Of a DNA stretch of 64,000 nt, positions 55,607 to 64,000 are shown piece by piece. The notes beneath the pieces were generated by a model. That model was not told where the DNA came from. It made no database searches and saw nothing but the letters and a program-made list of their open reading frames with translations. A program made the position numbers and the translations under genes. The DNA comes from Candidatus Terraquivivens ruidianensis (GTDB lineage: Archaea > Thermoproteota > Nitrososphaeria_A > Caldarchaeales > Wolframiiraptoraceae). The number at the start of each line of letters is the position of its first letter. Positions within the stretch are counted from its first letter, which is position 1. The stretch spans positions 6,083 to 70,082 of the forward strand of contig JALNLB010000001.1 in assembly GCA_023267885.1 (NCBI GenBank), in the 5' to 3' direction.

Positions 55607-57181
55607 ATGGGGTTGGACGACTTGAGTGAGCAAAGACTGATACCAAAAACAATGTCAACGCAACATCCTGATAACGCTTCTATTCCTCCTTGGTGCGACT
55701 CGGATGTAATAGAGGGTGAGAAGGAGGTCTACGAGGCATACTATGCCTATAGCACCCTAGGTTGCCAAGAGGTTATGTGGGACTCTGAGGGAAAGGACAT
55801 AGACCCGCATGTCGTCAGGAAGCTTCTGACGAGTTATCCTAGCTTCTTTAAAGAAAAGGTTCTCGGTAGGGACATATTCCTCACATATAGGATTCCAAAC
55901 CCGATGCTGGAAAAGGTAGAGAAGAAAGTATTCCTCGAAACACTTCAGGCCATACCTAAACATTTTGACGTGGCCAGACAGTTTTATGGGGACGGGGAAC
56001 ATGCACCGGTCTTTGAAGTCATACTACCTTTCGCTAGTAGTCATAAGGATGTAGTAAGGGTGTTAAGGACGTATTCCGAGGCTGTGGTCGGCATAGAGAA
56101 TGTAAGGGTTGACTTTCCAGATGTTACGCTAGCAGAACTGGTAGGCGAGATTCGACCAAGATCCATAAACGTAATACCTCTATTCGAGGAGTGGTCAAGC
56201 TTAGTAAGTTTAGACAGTTTGCTTTTTAAGCTTTTAGAGGCGACTTCTCCGAAATATCTACGCGTCTTCCTCGCCAGGTCCGACCCGGCCCTTCATTACG
56301 GGCTCGTGTCATCCGTAATTCTGGTAAAGGTCGCGCTCTCCAAAATCAGGGAGCTTATCGAAAAGGAGCGCGTAGATATCTATCCTATAATCGGTGTTGG
56401 CAGCTTACCCTTCAGAGGCCATCTTTCACCAAGCAATCTAGCAAACTTTGTTGAAGAGTATAAAGGCGTGAATACCGTTACCATACAGTGTGGGCTCAAG
56501 TACGACTACCCTGAGAACGACGTGAAGATGGTTGTCGAGTATCTAAACAGAAACTTACCAAATGGCGAGATTGATGACTTCTCGCAATTGGAGCAGACGC
56601 TTTTATCTGTTGCGTCCAAGTTTAAGGACGCGTACTATGAGTTTTTGGCACATGCTGCTAAAACTATCGAGAGAATATCAAGGCTTGTGCCGGCAAGGAG
56701 GGCCAGAAGACTGCATGTAGGTCTATTCGGTTATAGTAGGATGATAGGTGATGTACCTATGCCGAGGGCCATACCATTCACAGCTTCTCTCTATTCTTTG
56801 GGCTTGCCGCCTGAATTTATAGGACTGAGAGTCTTTGGAACCCTAAGAGAGGGGGAGCAGCGTGCGCTGCTGGATGCATATAAGAACATAAAGGAAGACC
56901 TGAAAGTTGCTGCAGAATTTTTTTCGTGGAGGAATATAGATACCATCCATGAGAGTAGAGCGTTTGATAAAGAATTCGTAGAGCTTGCACTTCCATTATT
57001 AGTCAAGGATGTTAAAGTAGCAGAAGAGGTAATAGGTTTAAGGGTAGGGGCCAATAACTCTGTTACAAAGAGGCATGAAAATAGCACGAACGACTTCATA
57101 ATTCTGTTCTCCGAAGGTAAAGTGGATGAAGCTAAGCGAGCGTTGGTTATGGCCGCCAAGCTTAGGCGAAGCCTTGGGTAA
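55607..57181 (+). CDS. ppcA: Phosphoenolpyruvate carboxylase, archaeal type
   Basis: 524 aa. The N-terminal IPKTMSTQHPDNA motif and overall length fit the archaeal PEPC family. Confidence 0.85.
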   Translation: MGLDDLSEQRLIPKTMSTQHPDNASIPPWCDSDVIEGEKEVYEAYYAYSTLGCQEVMWDSEGKDIDPHVVRKLLTSYPSFFKEKVLGRDIFLTYRIPNPMLEKVEKKVFLETLQAIPKHFDVARQFYGDGEHAPVFEVILPFASSHKDVVRVLRTYSEAVVGIENVRVDFPDVTLAELVGEIRPRSINVIPLFEEWSSLVSLDSLLFKLLEATSPKYLRVFLARSDPALHYGLVSSVILVKVALSKIRELIEKERVDIYPIIGVGSLPFRGHLSPSNLANFVEEYKGVNTVTIQCGLKYDYPENDVKMVVEYLNRNLPNGEIDDFSQLEQTLLSVASKFKDAYYEFLAHAAKTIERISRLVPARRARRLHVGLFGYSRMIGDVPMPRAIPFTASLYSLGLPPEFIGLRVFGTLREGEQRALLDAYKNIKEDLKVAAEFFSWRNIDTIHESRAFDKEFVELALPLLVKDVKVAEEVIGLRVGANNSVTKRHENSTNDFIILFSEGKVDEAKRALVMAAKLRRSLG

Positions 57182-57194
57182 AGTATAATAATAT

Positions 57195-57965
57195 ATGAGT
57201 GATTGTTGCATGGTGTTACAAGTTGAGCTAATACAACTGGGAATTTTGGCAAGCCTCATCGTTGGCTTGGCGACTGGAATAGGTGCCGTGCCCGTGTTGT
57301 TCTTCAAGCAGGTATCGCATAAGGTAACCGATTCAGCGTTAGGTTTCGCTGGCGGCGTTATGATAGCAGCTTCGGTGTTCAGCCTACTTATCCCTGCGAT
57401 AGATGCGGGAGGCGCATTCGTCGCCGTAATAGGTTTTGTATTTGGAAGCGTATTTGTTTATATCTTAGACAAATATGTACCTCATACCCATATCCTAAAG
57501 GGCATAGAAGGTCCGAGGAGTACACTATCTACGGTGAGCCTCATGATACTTGCGGTAACTATACATAATTTTCCAGAGGGGCTTGCGGTCGGCGTTGGCT
57601 TTGGTTCAGGAGACTTAACGTTGGCCACGACAATCGCCGTGGCTATAGCCCTGCAGAACATCCCTGAGGGTATGGCGATAGCCTTTCCGTTAATGGGCGT
57701 AGGTTTAAGGAAAGCAAGGGCATCCTTCTATGCGCTACTTACTGGTCTAGCTGAGCCTGTTGGAGGCATCATAGGTGTTTTAACTATCACCTTCATGAGC
57801 CAGGCCCTTCCGCTGGCTTTAGCCTTCGCAGCGGGCGCTATGGTTTATGTGGTGAGTGATGAAATGATTCCAGAGAGTCACAGGCGGGGCCATGAGTTAG
57901 AGGCCACGTTTGGCTTTCTCATAGGCTTCGTCGTGATGATGATACTCGATACAATCTTCTTATGA
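57195..57965 (+). CDS. ZIP-family divalent metal transporter (ZupT-like)
   Basis: 256 aa polytopic protein with HNFPEGLAVGVGF and QNIPEGMAIA motifs. Confidence 0.8.
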   Translation: MSDCCMVLQVELIQLGILASLIVGLATGIGAVPVLFFKQVSHKVTDSALGFAGGVMIAASVFSLLIPAIDAGGAFVAVIGFVFGSVFVYILDKYVPHTHILKGIEGPRSTLSTVSLMILAVTIHNFPEGLAVGVGFGSGDLTLATTIAVAIALQNIPEGMAIAFPLMGVGLRKARASFYALLTGLAEPVGGIIGVLTITFMSQALPLALAFAAGAMVYVVSDEMIPESHRRGHELEATFGFLIGFVVMMILDTIFL

Positions 57966-58115
57966 TGTCCTTATCGAGTTTAGGCTATAAGGTACCTTTT
58001 ACGTTATTTCTTACCATACTTAATTCGACAAGAAAGCCTACGGTTTTAACCGTGGGATGAGTTGTCGATAAGGTTTATATACTTGATACCACTATTGTGG
58101 TTTATTGTGGTAGAT

Positions 58116-58253
58116 ATGGAGTCCATGTCCGTGAGGATTAAAAAGGACACCATAGAGGAGCTTAAGCGGTTGAAGGTGCATTATAGAGAAACATATGACG
58201 ACGTGATTAAGAGGCTGATTGAAGCGTGGAAAGGACGAACACGTTCACAGTAA
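58116..58253 (+). CDS. Ribbon-helix-helix (CopG/Arc-like) small protein
   Basis: MESMSVRIKKDTIEELKRLKVHYRETYDDVIKRLIEAW has a beta-strand + two-helix RHH pattern. Its 3' end overlaps the tnpB start by 28 nt. Confidence 0.45.
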   Translation: MESMSVRIKKDTIEELKRLKVHYRETYDDVIKRLIEAWKGRTRSQ

Positions 58254-59458
58254 ACGACCATCCAAGCCTTAGGAAGCTGGCGGACAACTGCGCCAGATTA
58301 TGGAATGAACTGAACTTCGAGCGCAGGCAAGCCTACATACGCTATAAGAAGTTCTCTTGGCATCCTAAGCATTTATACGAGAAATACGCTCCAATCATAG
58401 GTTCAGCAACGGCACAGCAAATCATAAACAAGAATAACGAGGCTTGGAGAAGCTTCCTAGCCTTAAAGAAGTTAGAGATGAAAGGAAGGCTTCCACCGTA
58501 CATCGCTAAGATTTCAATGCCAAGATATTGGAAGAGGAACGGCAGAAGAAAGCTTAGAATCATCATAAGAAACGATTGCTACAAGTTCGATGAGGAATAC
58601 ATCTACCTTCCAAAAGGACTTAAATTAAAGTATAAGGGTGAACTAAAGTGGCATGGGAGAAAAGGAAGGCTTGAAATAATCTACGACGATACGGATAAAG
58701 TATGGAGGGGCTTTATGACGGTTAAAATTGAGAAGCCTCCCATTAGAGGAGGCAATAAGCCCCTCTACATAGATTTAGGTGTAATAAACCTAGCGACAGT
58801 ATGGTTTGAAGGTTTAAGACAACCAATAGCATACTCTGGAAGGACGTTATTGGCAGATTGGTGGTACTGGACGAGGAAGATAGCGAAAGAACAAAGTAGG
58901 TTAGCTAAGGTGAATAAGCGTAAAACATCTAGAGGACTTAGAAAGCTATATAGGATTAGACTGCGAAAGTTCAGACATGCTGTAAATGCTATAATAAAAA
59001 CCATAGTCGAAAATGTATACGTATTGGGTATATCGAAGATAGTCATTGGGAAAATCAAGGACATAAGGAATAATAATCATAGTAGTACAAAGATAAACGC
59101 AATAATAAACAACTTTTGGAGCTTCAACTACATAATCAGAAGGATCAAAGAGAAGGCAGAGGAATATGGAATAGAAGTTATCGAAGAAAGCGAATATGAA
59201 ACATCGAGTACATGCCTAAGATGTCGTTCAAAAAACGTGACCAATAAAGGAAGGTTGTTCAAATGTTATAAGTGCGGACTGGAAGCCCATAGAGACGCTG
59301 TGGGCGTATTAAATATAGCTCGCCTCTACGGAGGCGAGGTTAACAGGGTGGTGGCACACCCTTTGCTTCTAAGGTGGAATGGGATGATGTGGGAGCCTAA
59401 AAGGGTAATGAACAACAGACCGATGAGAACCTTAGAAGCAAGAATCTCCCGGCTTTAG
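58226..59458 (+). CDS. tnpB: TnpB (IS605 OrfB / RNA-guided RuvC nuclease family), archaeal IS1341-like subgroup
   Basis: 410 aa with RuvC-I YIDLGVINLA, the zinc ribbon CLRCRS..CYKCG and RuvC-III AHRDAVGVLNIA. The N-terminal region LWNELNFERRQAY..NNEAWRSF..GRLPPY is typical of archaeal OrfB proteins. Confidence 0.8.
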   Translation: MERTNTFTVNDHPSLRKLADNCARLWNELNFERRQAYIRYKKFSWHPKHLYEKYAPIIGSATAQQIINKNNEAWRSFLALKKLEMKGRLPPYIAKISMPRYWKRNGRRKLRIIIRNDCYKFDEEYIYLPKGLKLKYKGELKWHGRKGRLEIIYDDTDKVWRGFMTVKIEKPPIRGGNKPLYIDLGVINLATVWFEGLRQPIAYSGRTLLADWWYWTRKIAKEQSRLAKVNKRKTSRGLRKLYRIRLRKFRHAVNAIIKTIVENVYVLGISKIVIGKIKDIRNNNHSSTKINAIINNFWSFNYIIRRIKEKAEEYGIEVIEESEYETSSTCLRCRSKNVTNKGRLFKCYKCGLEAHRDAVGVLNIARLYGGEVNRVVAHPLLLRWNGMMWEPKRVMNNRPMRTLEARISRL

Positions 59459-59477
59459 TCGTGGAGAGTGTCAACGG

Positions 59478-60599
59478 ATGCGCGTCTGCATAATTTCCCA
59501 TGAGGGAGAACTTGGGCCCCAGATGATTCAGTTCGCTAGACATATGGTCAAACAGGGTATCGAGGTTGATGCGATAATCAAGTCGCATCCTCTTCAGGTA
59601 AGGGAGTTCGCTAAAAAAGACGGTGTTAAGAGACACATAGCGCCCGTAATACCAATAAGAAGGTTAATGTTTCTCTCGTACTTTCTTAGCGCGCTCCTCA
59701 TCGCCCTGTTCATCAGGGGCGCTATAGCGGTCTGCAGAGAGCCGTTCACGGGGCTGATTGGGGTAGCGGTTAAGCTTCTTACAGGTAGAAAATCTGTCAT
59801 ATATGTTGTAGATTCCTCGACTGAGCTTAAGGTAGAGCGGGGGACATGGGGGAGCCGCTGGCTCGTGAAGTTTGGAAGACTGCTCGAGAAGCTGGCGATA
59901 TCCACTAGCGATCTTATAATCGCCTTAGACTACTCTCTGATGCCTTACCTCAGGGCCATGGGTGCAAGACGCATCGTTGTAGTGCCTTACGGAGCAAACC
60001 GTGAAGTCTTCAAGAGAGGCGACCCGATGAAAGTCTTAAAGAAGCTAGGCTTGGACGGGAAAAGGATTGTAGTATATGCCGGAGGCATGGAACCTTATCA
60101 CGGGGCGCAGTATCTCGCGAAAGCTGCACCGATTATAAAGCGGAAAATTCCCGACGCCATTGTGCTATTTCTCGGAAACGGCCCGTTAAGGAATCTCATG
60201 GAAAAAGAGGTTGGCGATGCTGGGATTTTCCTCGGTACTGTTCCATACGAAGAATTGCCTGACTACTTTGCAGCTGCGGAGGTTGCCGTAGCACCACCAG
60301 CACCGAACTCGCCTTACGTGACTGTCCTTACGACGAAGATTTTTGATTATATAGCTGCTGGTAAGCCTGTTGTCGCGACAAACGTTGGTGGAATCAAGCG
60401 GGCTTTTAGTGATGCTGCAATAATCGTTAAACCAAGAGACCATGTGCAGCTGGCAGAGGCAATCATTCAACTACTGAAAGACGAGCAACTTAGGTCAAAA
60501 CTGGAGCAAAATGCAATTAGGCTGGCTGAAGTGACATTTAATTGGGAAAAGTTGACGAAGAAATTCATTGCTGCCTTAAAAGAAATACATTCGACATAA
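59478..60599 (+). CDS. GT-B glycosyltransferase (GT4)
   Basis: 373 aa with the C-terminal EX7E-type region (TKIFDYIAAGKPVVATNVGG). Confidence 0.75.
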   Translation: MRVCIISHEGELGPQMIQFARHMVKQGIEVDAIIKSHPLQVREFAKKDGVKRHIAPVIPIRRLMFLSYFLSALLIALFIRGAIAVCREPFTGLIGVAVKLLTGRKSVIYVVDSSTELKVERGTWGSRWLVKFGRLLEKLAISTSDLIIALDYSLMPYLRAMGARRIVVVPYGANREVFKRGDPMKVLKKLGLDGKRIVVYAGGMEPYHGAQYLAKAAPIIKRKIPDAIVLFLGNGPLRNLMEKEVGDAGIFLGTVPYEELPDYFAAAEVAVAPPAPNSPYVTVLTTKIFDYIAAGKPVVATNVGGIKRAFSDAAIIVKPRDHVQLAEAIIQLLKDEQLRSKLEQNAIRLAEVTFNWEKLTKKFIAALKEIHST

Positions 60600-60602
60600 A
60601 GC

Positions 60603-62660
60603 TCACTTTATTCTTATGTCAACGTAGGTCGTCTCAGGCCTTAAACCCTTAAAGGGCTTGCCACCACCCTCGAAGAATTTTGTGAAGAACTCGTATAGGT
60701 GGAGCCTTAAGGATTGTATGAAGACTATTAGACCCTCTAAGGCCATTATGCCCAAGTTTCCTATCACAAGTATCGGCAGGGACATCAGCCCAAGCGCATG
60801 CCAAACGTTATTCAAGAGCATTAAGAGAGCGATATGGACAAGCAGGAGTATCGTGAGCCTAGCGTAAGATATCGTGTTTGATAGGAAGTGTATTATGTTC
60901 TCCAAGACCTCGAGCAGACCCATACCGGCGGCACCCACGAAGCCACCACACTTTCGGGTTAACAAGTTTGCAACGGGTCTTCCTAAGATTAGGACAAAAA
61001 TGCTCGCGATACCGCCTGCCATACCAATCGTTCCAACGAGTGAAGATGGAAGGCCTATGAAGGGTGCTGGGTTTTGGGACGTTAACATCTGCGTAACACC
61101 TCCGGCGCCGAAGAATGCGAGGGCAAAGAACACGCCGAAGACATACATAGCTATCGTCGGAATTTTGGAGGCAAACGCCTCCAAGTATTCTCGGTTCTTG
61201 ATGAGTCTGTAGGCGCTGAGGGAGTAACCAAGAGTAAGGTGCACGATTCCGAGCATTATCGTGAACTGTAGGAGCTTCTGGACTGCTGCCAGATTAAGCT
61301 CCTTGACACCGGCATGCTCCTCTACCAAATGTACGAGTTCTGGTGAGGCTATGCCCCAGCCGGATAGTTTGAAGCCGAAGCACTCACCCAGCAGGAAGCC
61401 GGCAACGCTAGACGACAAACCAAGCATGGCCAAAAGCATACCCCAATCCCTCAGCCTACCTTTGGTCCTCATCCTCATGAAAAGTCCGAAAAGCATGAGT
61501 ACGAGTCCCTGACCGAGGTCAGCGAACATTATACCATAGAAGATAGAGAAAAAGAGTGCAACGAAGGGCGTCGGATCTATTTCGCCGTGGCCGGGCAACC
61601 CCTGTATATTCGTAACGTTCTCGAAGGCCTTCATGAGGCCCTTGTTTTGTAGCAGCGTGGGCGGGTTTTCGTTATAGGTTGTACCGTGCTCATCCATGTG
61701 TATCGCCTCCACTTCAGAAACATAAACAGGATATTTTCCATCAAACCTTTTGACCAGCTCCTCACTTTTTTCGTAGGGCACATAACCCTCGATTGAGGCA
61801 AACCTCTTTAGCCTACTCGTAGTCTTTAACCTTTCTAACGAATCTTTAAGTATGCTCGCGCCCTCCCTCAGCGATAGAATCTTTTCCTTTGACGTTTCCA
61901 ACGCAAAATTCAGCTTTTGTTTAGCATCAGACAGCTCTGCGTTAAGCTCAGCCAACTTAGATTCGACGGCTGCGTATGCCTCAGGGATTGTTCCGGGCAG
62001 CCACTCTGGAATGGCGAACGGCTTTACACCGAAGCCCTTAAGAACCCTTTCGACCCTCTCCACATCCTTAGATGATGCCACGAAGAGGGCGGCGCTTAAG
62101 GTCTTGGTTAGGGCAATATGAAGTGTCGCGACCTCCGGGAGGCTTCTCTTTATCTCCTGAAGGTCCCTAATCGACACAACGGCAAAGACTGCATACACCC
62201 TCTTCAAAGCTGAGAGGGATGATGGTGCTATACGCAAGTCTTTTAGGAGCTGTAGCGCCGCGAGGAGCGCTTCATCTTTTTGCACCTCTTTTGTTATCGT
62301 ATCAATTTTTGAGGATAGCTCCTTTAGCTCCGATACAATCGGTCTTGCCTCGAACTCTAACGCGTCCACAAGTCCCTTCACGTCCTCGGCCTCGATTCTA
62401 TGCCGCTCAATCTTGATGCCCTTTATTATGGAATCAATGACGCCAATCTCCGACTTTATACCGAAATCGTTAACTATCGTGTCAAGTGCCAACTCAATTC
62501 TCTTAACTCTGTCTAACATCTCTTCCAAGTTTTTGTCAATAGATTCGTGCTCCTGCTCTATTGGATGGAAATCTCCAAACTTGAAAAGCTCCTTAACGAC
62601 GTCTTCGATATCTGCCTTCGGTGCGATTATGGAGACCTTAGCCAGTTTTGCCAGACCCAT
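60603..62660 (-). CDS. atpI: V/A-type ATP synthase subunit I (a-subunit)
   Basis: It has an N-terminal soluble coiled-coil half and a C-terminal polytopic half with the conserved Arg region (ISYARLTILLLVH). The start is set at M26 of the track ORF. Confidence 0.8.
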   Translation of the reverse strand: MGLAKLAKVSIIAPKADIEDVVKELFKFGDFHPIEQEHESIDKNLEEMLDRVKRIELALDTIVNDFGIKSEIGVIDSIIKGIKIERHRIEAEDVKGLVDALEFEARPIVSELKELSSKIDTITKEVQKDEALLAALQLLKDLRIAPSSLSALKRVYAVFAVVSIRDLQEIKRSLPEVATLHIALTKTLSAALFVASSKDVERVERVLKGFGVKPFAIPEWLPGTIPEAYAAVESKLAELNAELSDAKQKLNFALETSKEKILSLREGASILKDSLERLKTTSRLKRFASIEGYVPYEKSEELVKRFDGKYPVYVSEVEAIHMDEHGTTYNENPPTLLQNKGLMKAFENVTNIQGLPGHGEIDPTPFVALFFSIFYGIMFADLGQGLVLMLFGLFMRMRTKGRLRDWGMLLAMLGLSSSVAGFLLGECFGFKLSGWGIASPELVHLVEEHAGVKELNLAAVQKLLQFTIMLGIVHLTLGYSLSAYRLIKNREYLEAFASKIPTIAMYVFGVFFALAFFGAGGVTQMLTSQNPAPFIGLPSSLVGTIGMAGGIASIFVLILGRPVANLLTRKCGGFVGAAGMGLLEVLENIIHFLSNTISYARLTILLLVHIALLMLLNNVWHALGLMSLPILVIGNLGIMALEGLIVFIQSLRLHLYEFFTKFFEGGGKPFKGLRPETTYVDIRIK

Positions 62661-62697
62661 CGCTGAGTAATTTACGATTTTTTCATAAATATTAGCT

Positions 62698-63765
62698 TTA
62701 ACGCATAGATATGGCAATATCCAAAGCGACCACAACTTTCCTCGGAGCTACTTCCTTTAGTTCTTTAGCCCAGAGGAATTTAGCATTGAAGCCTAGTGAG
62801 TTTATGATCGAACTGACGTTAACCTTGACAGTCTCTACTGCATTCTCATCTTGTGCAGCGCCATAAAAATGTACGATGGCGCCCGATGGCGCAGCCAGCC
62901 TTATCGCCACATCGAGATACTTATCCGCAGAGAATGGAAGATTCATCACCAACCTGTTGGCCTTTTTTTCTAAAATCCTATAATTATGTCTAACGTCTCC
63001 GAATATTGCCGTAACCCTATCCTCAACCTTATTCAGCTTGATGTTCTCTTCAAGGAACTTGTAGGCCGTAGGGTTTATCTCAAATGCATATATCTTGCAA
63101 CTGGGCTGCATTCTCGCAATCGTTATCGAGAAAGGACCTACGCCTGCGAACATGTCTGCCACGCATTCGTTAGGTCTAACTTGAGATGCGACCCTCAACC
63201 TTTCGCCAGAAAGCCTCGGCGTGAAGAAGACCTCCCTTACGTCAAGTCTGTATTTGCATCCATGCTCTCTATGCTCTGTCAACGTGTTTCCGGAGCCAGC
63301 TATGACATCATACGGCCTAATCCTGTATTCTCCGGTTGAAGGACCTGTTTTGAGGAGTACCGTGTCGACGTGCTTATGGACGAGTTTCAGTGCGGATGCG
63401 ATATCCTTAGCGAACGGTCTTAGCCCCTCATTCAGCTCGAGGATTGCTACGTTGCCTATAATGTCGAAAGACCTTGGAACAAGCTCCATGAGTTTCTCAT
63501 CTAAAACACCCATCATGGCTTCTTTCAGGGTCTTTGGCTTAGGTACAAGTTTATCGAAATTAGCTTCTTGAATGAGTGCATCGCCCGTTATCAGCTCCGG
63601 TAATTCATCGGGATTTGGTACTCGCTTGACTGGAAAGTAAACGTACTTATCGTCCGAAAACACTTTCATGGACGTTCTTAAAATTCCGAGAGATGCAAGC
63701 CTACGCTTGACTGTATCAGCCATACGCTTCTTAGCAACCACCGCCAACGAAGCTTCGTCCATCAA
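62698..63765 (-). CDS. trm5: tRNA (guanine37-N1)-methyltransferase Trm5 / Taw-type (Met-10+ family)
   Basis: 355 aa with the SAM motif [14 protein letters not shown] and NLP (MNLPFSA). Confidence 0.75.
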   Translation of the reverse strand: MMDEASLAVVAKKRMADTVKRRLASLGILRTSMKVFSDDKYVYFPVKRVPNPDELPELITGDALIQEANFDKLVPKPKTLKEAMMGVLDEKLMELVPRSFDIIGNVAILELNEGLRPFAKDIASALKLVHKHVDTVLLKTGPSTGEYRIRPYDVIAGSGNTLTEHREHGCKYRLDVREVFFTPRLSGERLRVASQVRPNECVADMFAGVGPFSITIARMQPSCKIYAFEINPTAYKFLEENIKLNKVEDRVTAIFGDVRHNYRILEKKANRLVMNLPFSADKYLDVAIRLAAPSGAIVHFYGAAQDENAVETVKVNVSSIINSLGFNAKFLWAKELKEVAPRKVVVALDIAISMR

Positions 63766-63923
63766 AATATACGTAATCTTCTTAGCCTTTAGCCTTTTAA
63801 GAGACGGCTATTCCCCTTTATCATCACTAAGACTATCCATTTCATTTTTATAACTTGAACTGATTCGGGATGCGGTAGAATTTTAGATAGCTCTCGAAAA
63901 CTACACAAAAAATAAAAAATGTT

Positions 63924-64000
63924 TTAGCCGCCGTAGGATATTAGCTCCATCGACGACATCAGCTTGCCGTCCTCGAATATCTCTGCTTTAACAACCCCGA
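63924..64000 (-). CDS. C-terminal fragment of an unidentified protein ending in Gly-Gly
   Basis: The minus frame ..VVKAEIFEDGKLMSSMELISYGG* is open to the window edge, with the stop at 63924-63926. Only 24 codons are visible. Confidence 0.3.
   Translation of the reverse strand, partial: GVVKAEIFEDGKLMSSMELISYGG

Larger units (their letters stand above)
58030..59475 (+). mobile_element. IS200/IS605-family, IS1341-like (tnpB-only) element carrying a small RHH ORF instead of tnpA
   Basis: It contains tnpB plus related subterminal hairpin-containing ends. The left end is CCTACGGTTTTAACCGTGGGATGAGTTGTCGA (58037-). The right end is CTCCCGGCTTTAGTCGTGGAGAGTGTCAAC (59446-). The exact boundaries were not determined. 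Confidence 0.55.

Noticed and set aside
58226-59458. The idea that this TnpB is nuclease-dead (TldR-like), because the canonical RuvC-II glutamate position reads G (KIVIGKIKDIR vs IGIEDLNVR).
   Set aside because: From my recollection of archaeal IS1341-type OrfB sequences, the whole subgroup has G at this position. It also conserves an alternative glutamate just before the xTS..C zinc-ribbon entry (here ESEYETSSTC). RuvC-I D (IDLG) and RuvC-III D (HRD) are intact. A relocated catalytic Glu is more likely than inactivation. This needs a formal alignment.
63830-63880. Possible C/D-box sRNA: a GTGATGA C-box-like heptamer on the minus strand upstream of trm5. A weaker GCGATGAC...CTGA lies at about 15505-15535.
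   Set aside because: No properly spaced D box (CUGA) or C'/D' pair and no terminal stem could be found within 40-70 nt. The second candidate's boxes are only about 20 nt apart and lie in a gene start.

Overview
This window looks like a chromosomal segment from a thermophile-type archaeon. The evidence is an archaeal SRP (7S) RNA, ribosomal protein eS26, class V FBP aldolase/phosphatase, archaeal-type PEP carboxylase, V-type ATPase subunit I, Trm5, and BRE/TATA promoters about 25-30 nt upstream of the RNA genes.

About half of the window (about 5.2-36 kb) is a large surface-glycan / protein-glycosylation island. It contains:
- an AglH-like initiating phosphotransferase
- about 12 GT2/GT4 glycosyltransferases
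- GT-C-like polytopic membrane proteins
- two flippase-type proteins
- the UDP-Glc, UDP-GlcA and UDP-Xyl genes
- a complete rmlABCD set

The rest of the window is housekeeping genes (argG, proS, tpiA, fbp, thiL, ppcA, htpX, grpE, atpI, trm5), two tRNAs, one TnpB-type IS element and a possible small integrated remnant next to tRNA-Thr.

The most interesting observation is a hidden 77-codon stand-alone RAM-domain (Lrp/AsnC ligand-binding) gene at 48699-48959 (-). It is interrupted by a 27-nt insert that carries an in-frame TAA and folds into a near-canonical bulge-helix-bulge (BHB) splicing motif. Excision at the canonical BHB sites removes the stop and restores the family-consensus sequence. 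This makes it a candidate archaeal protein-coding (mRNA) intron.

In the same window, tRNA-Lys(CUU) carries two BHB introns, including a 13-nt one in the D-arm. That fits a host splicing endonuclease with relaxed specificity.

Coordinates taken from the ORF track are exact. Coordinates I derived by hand counting (RNAs, hairpins, small ORFs) may be off by 1-2 nt.
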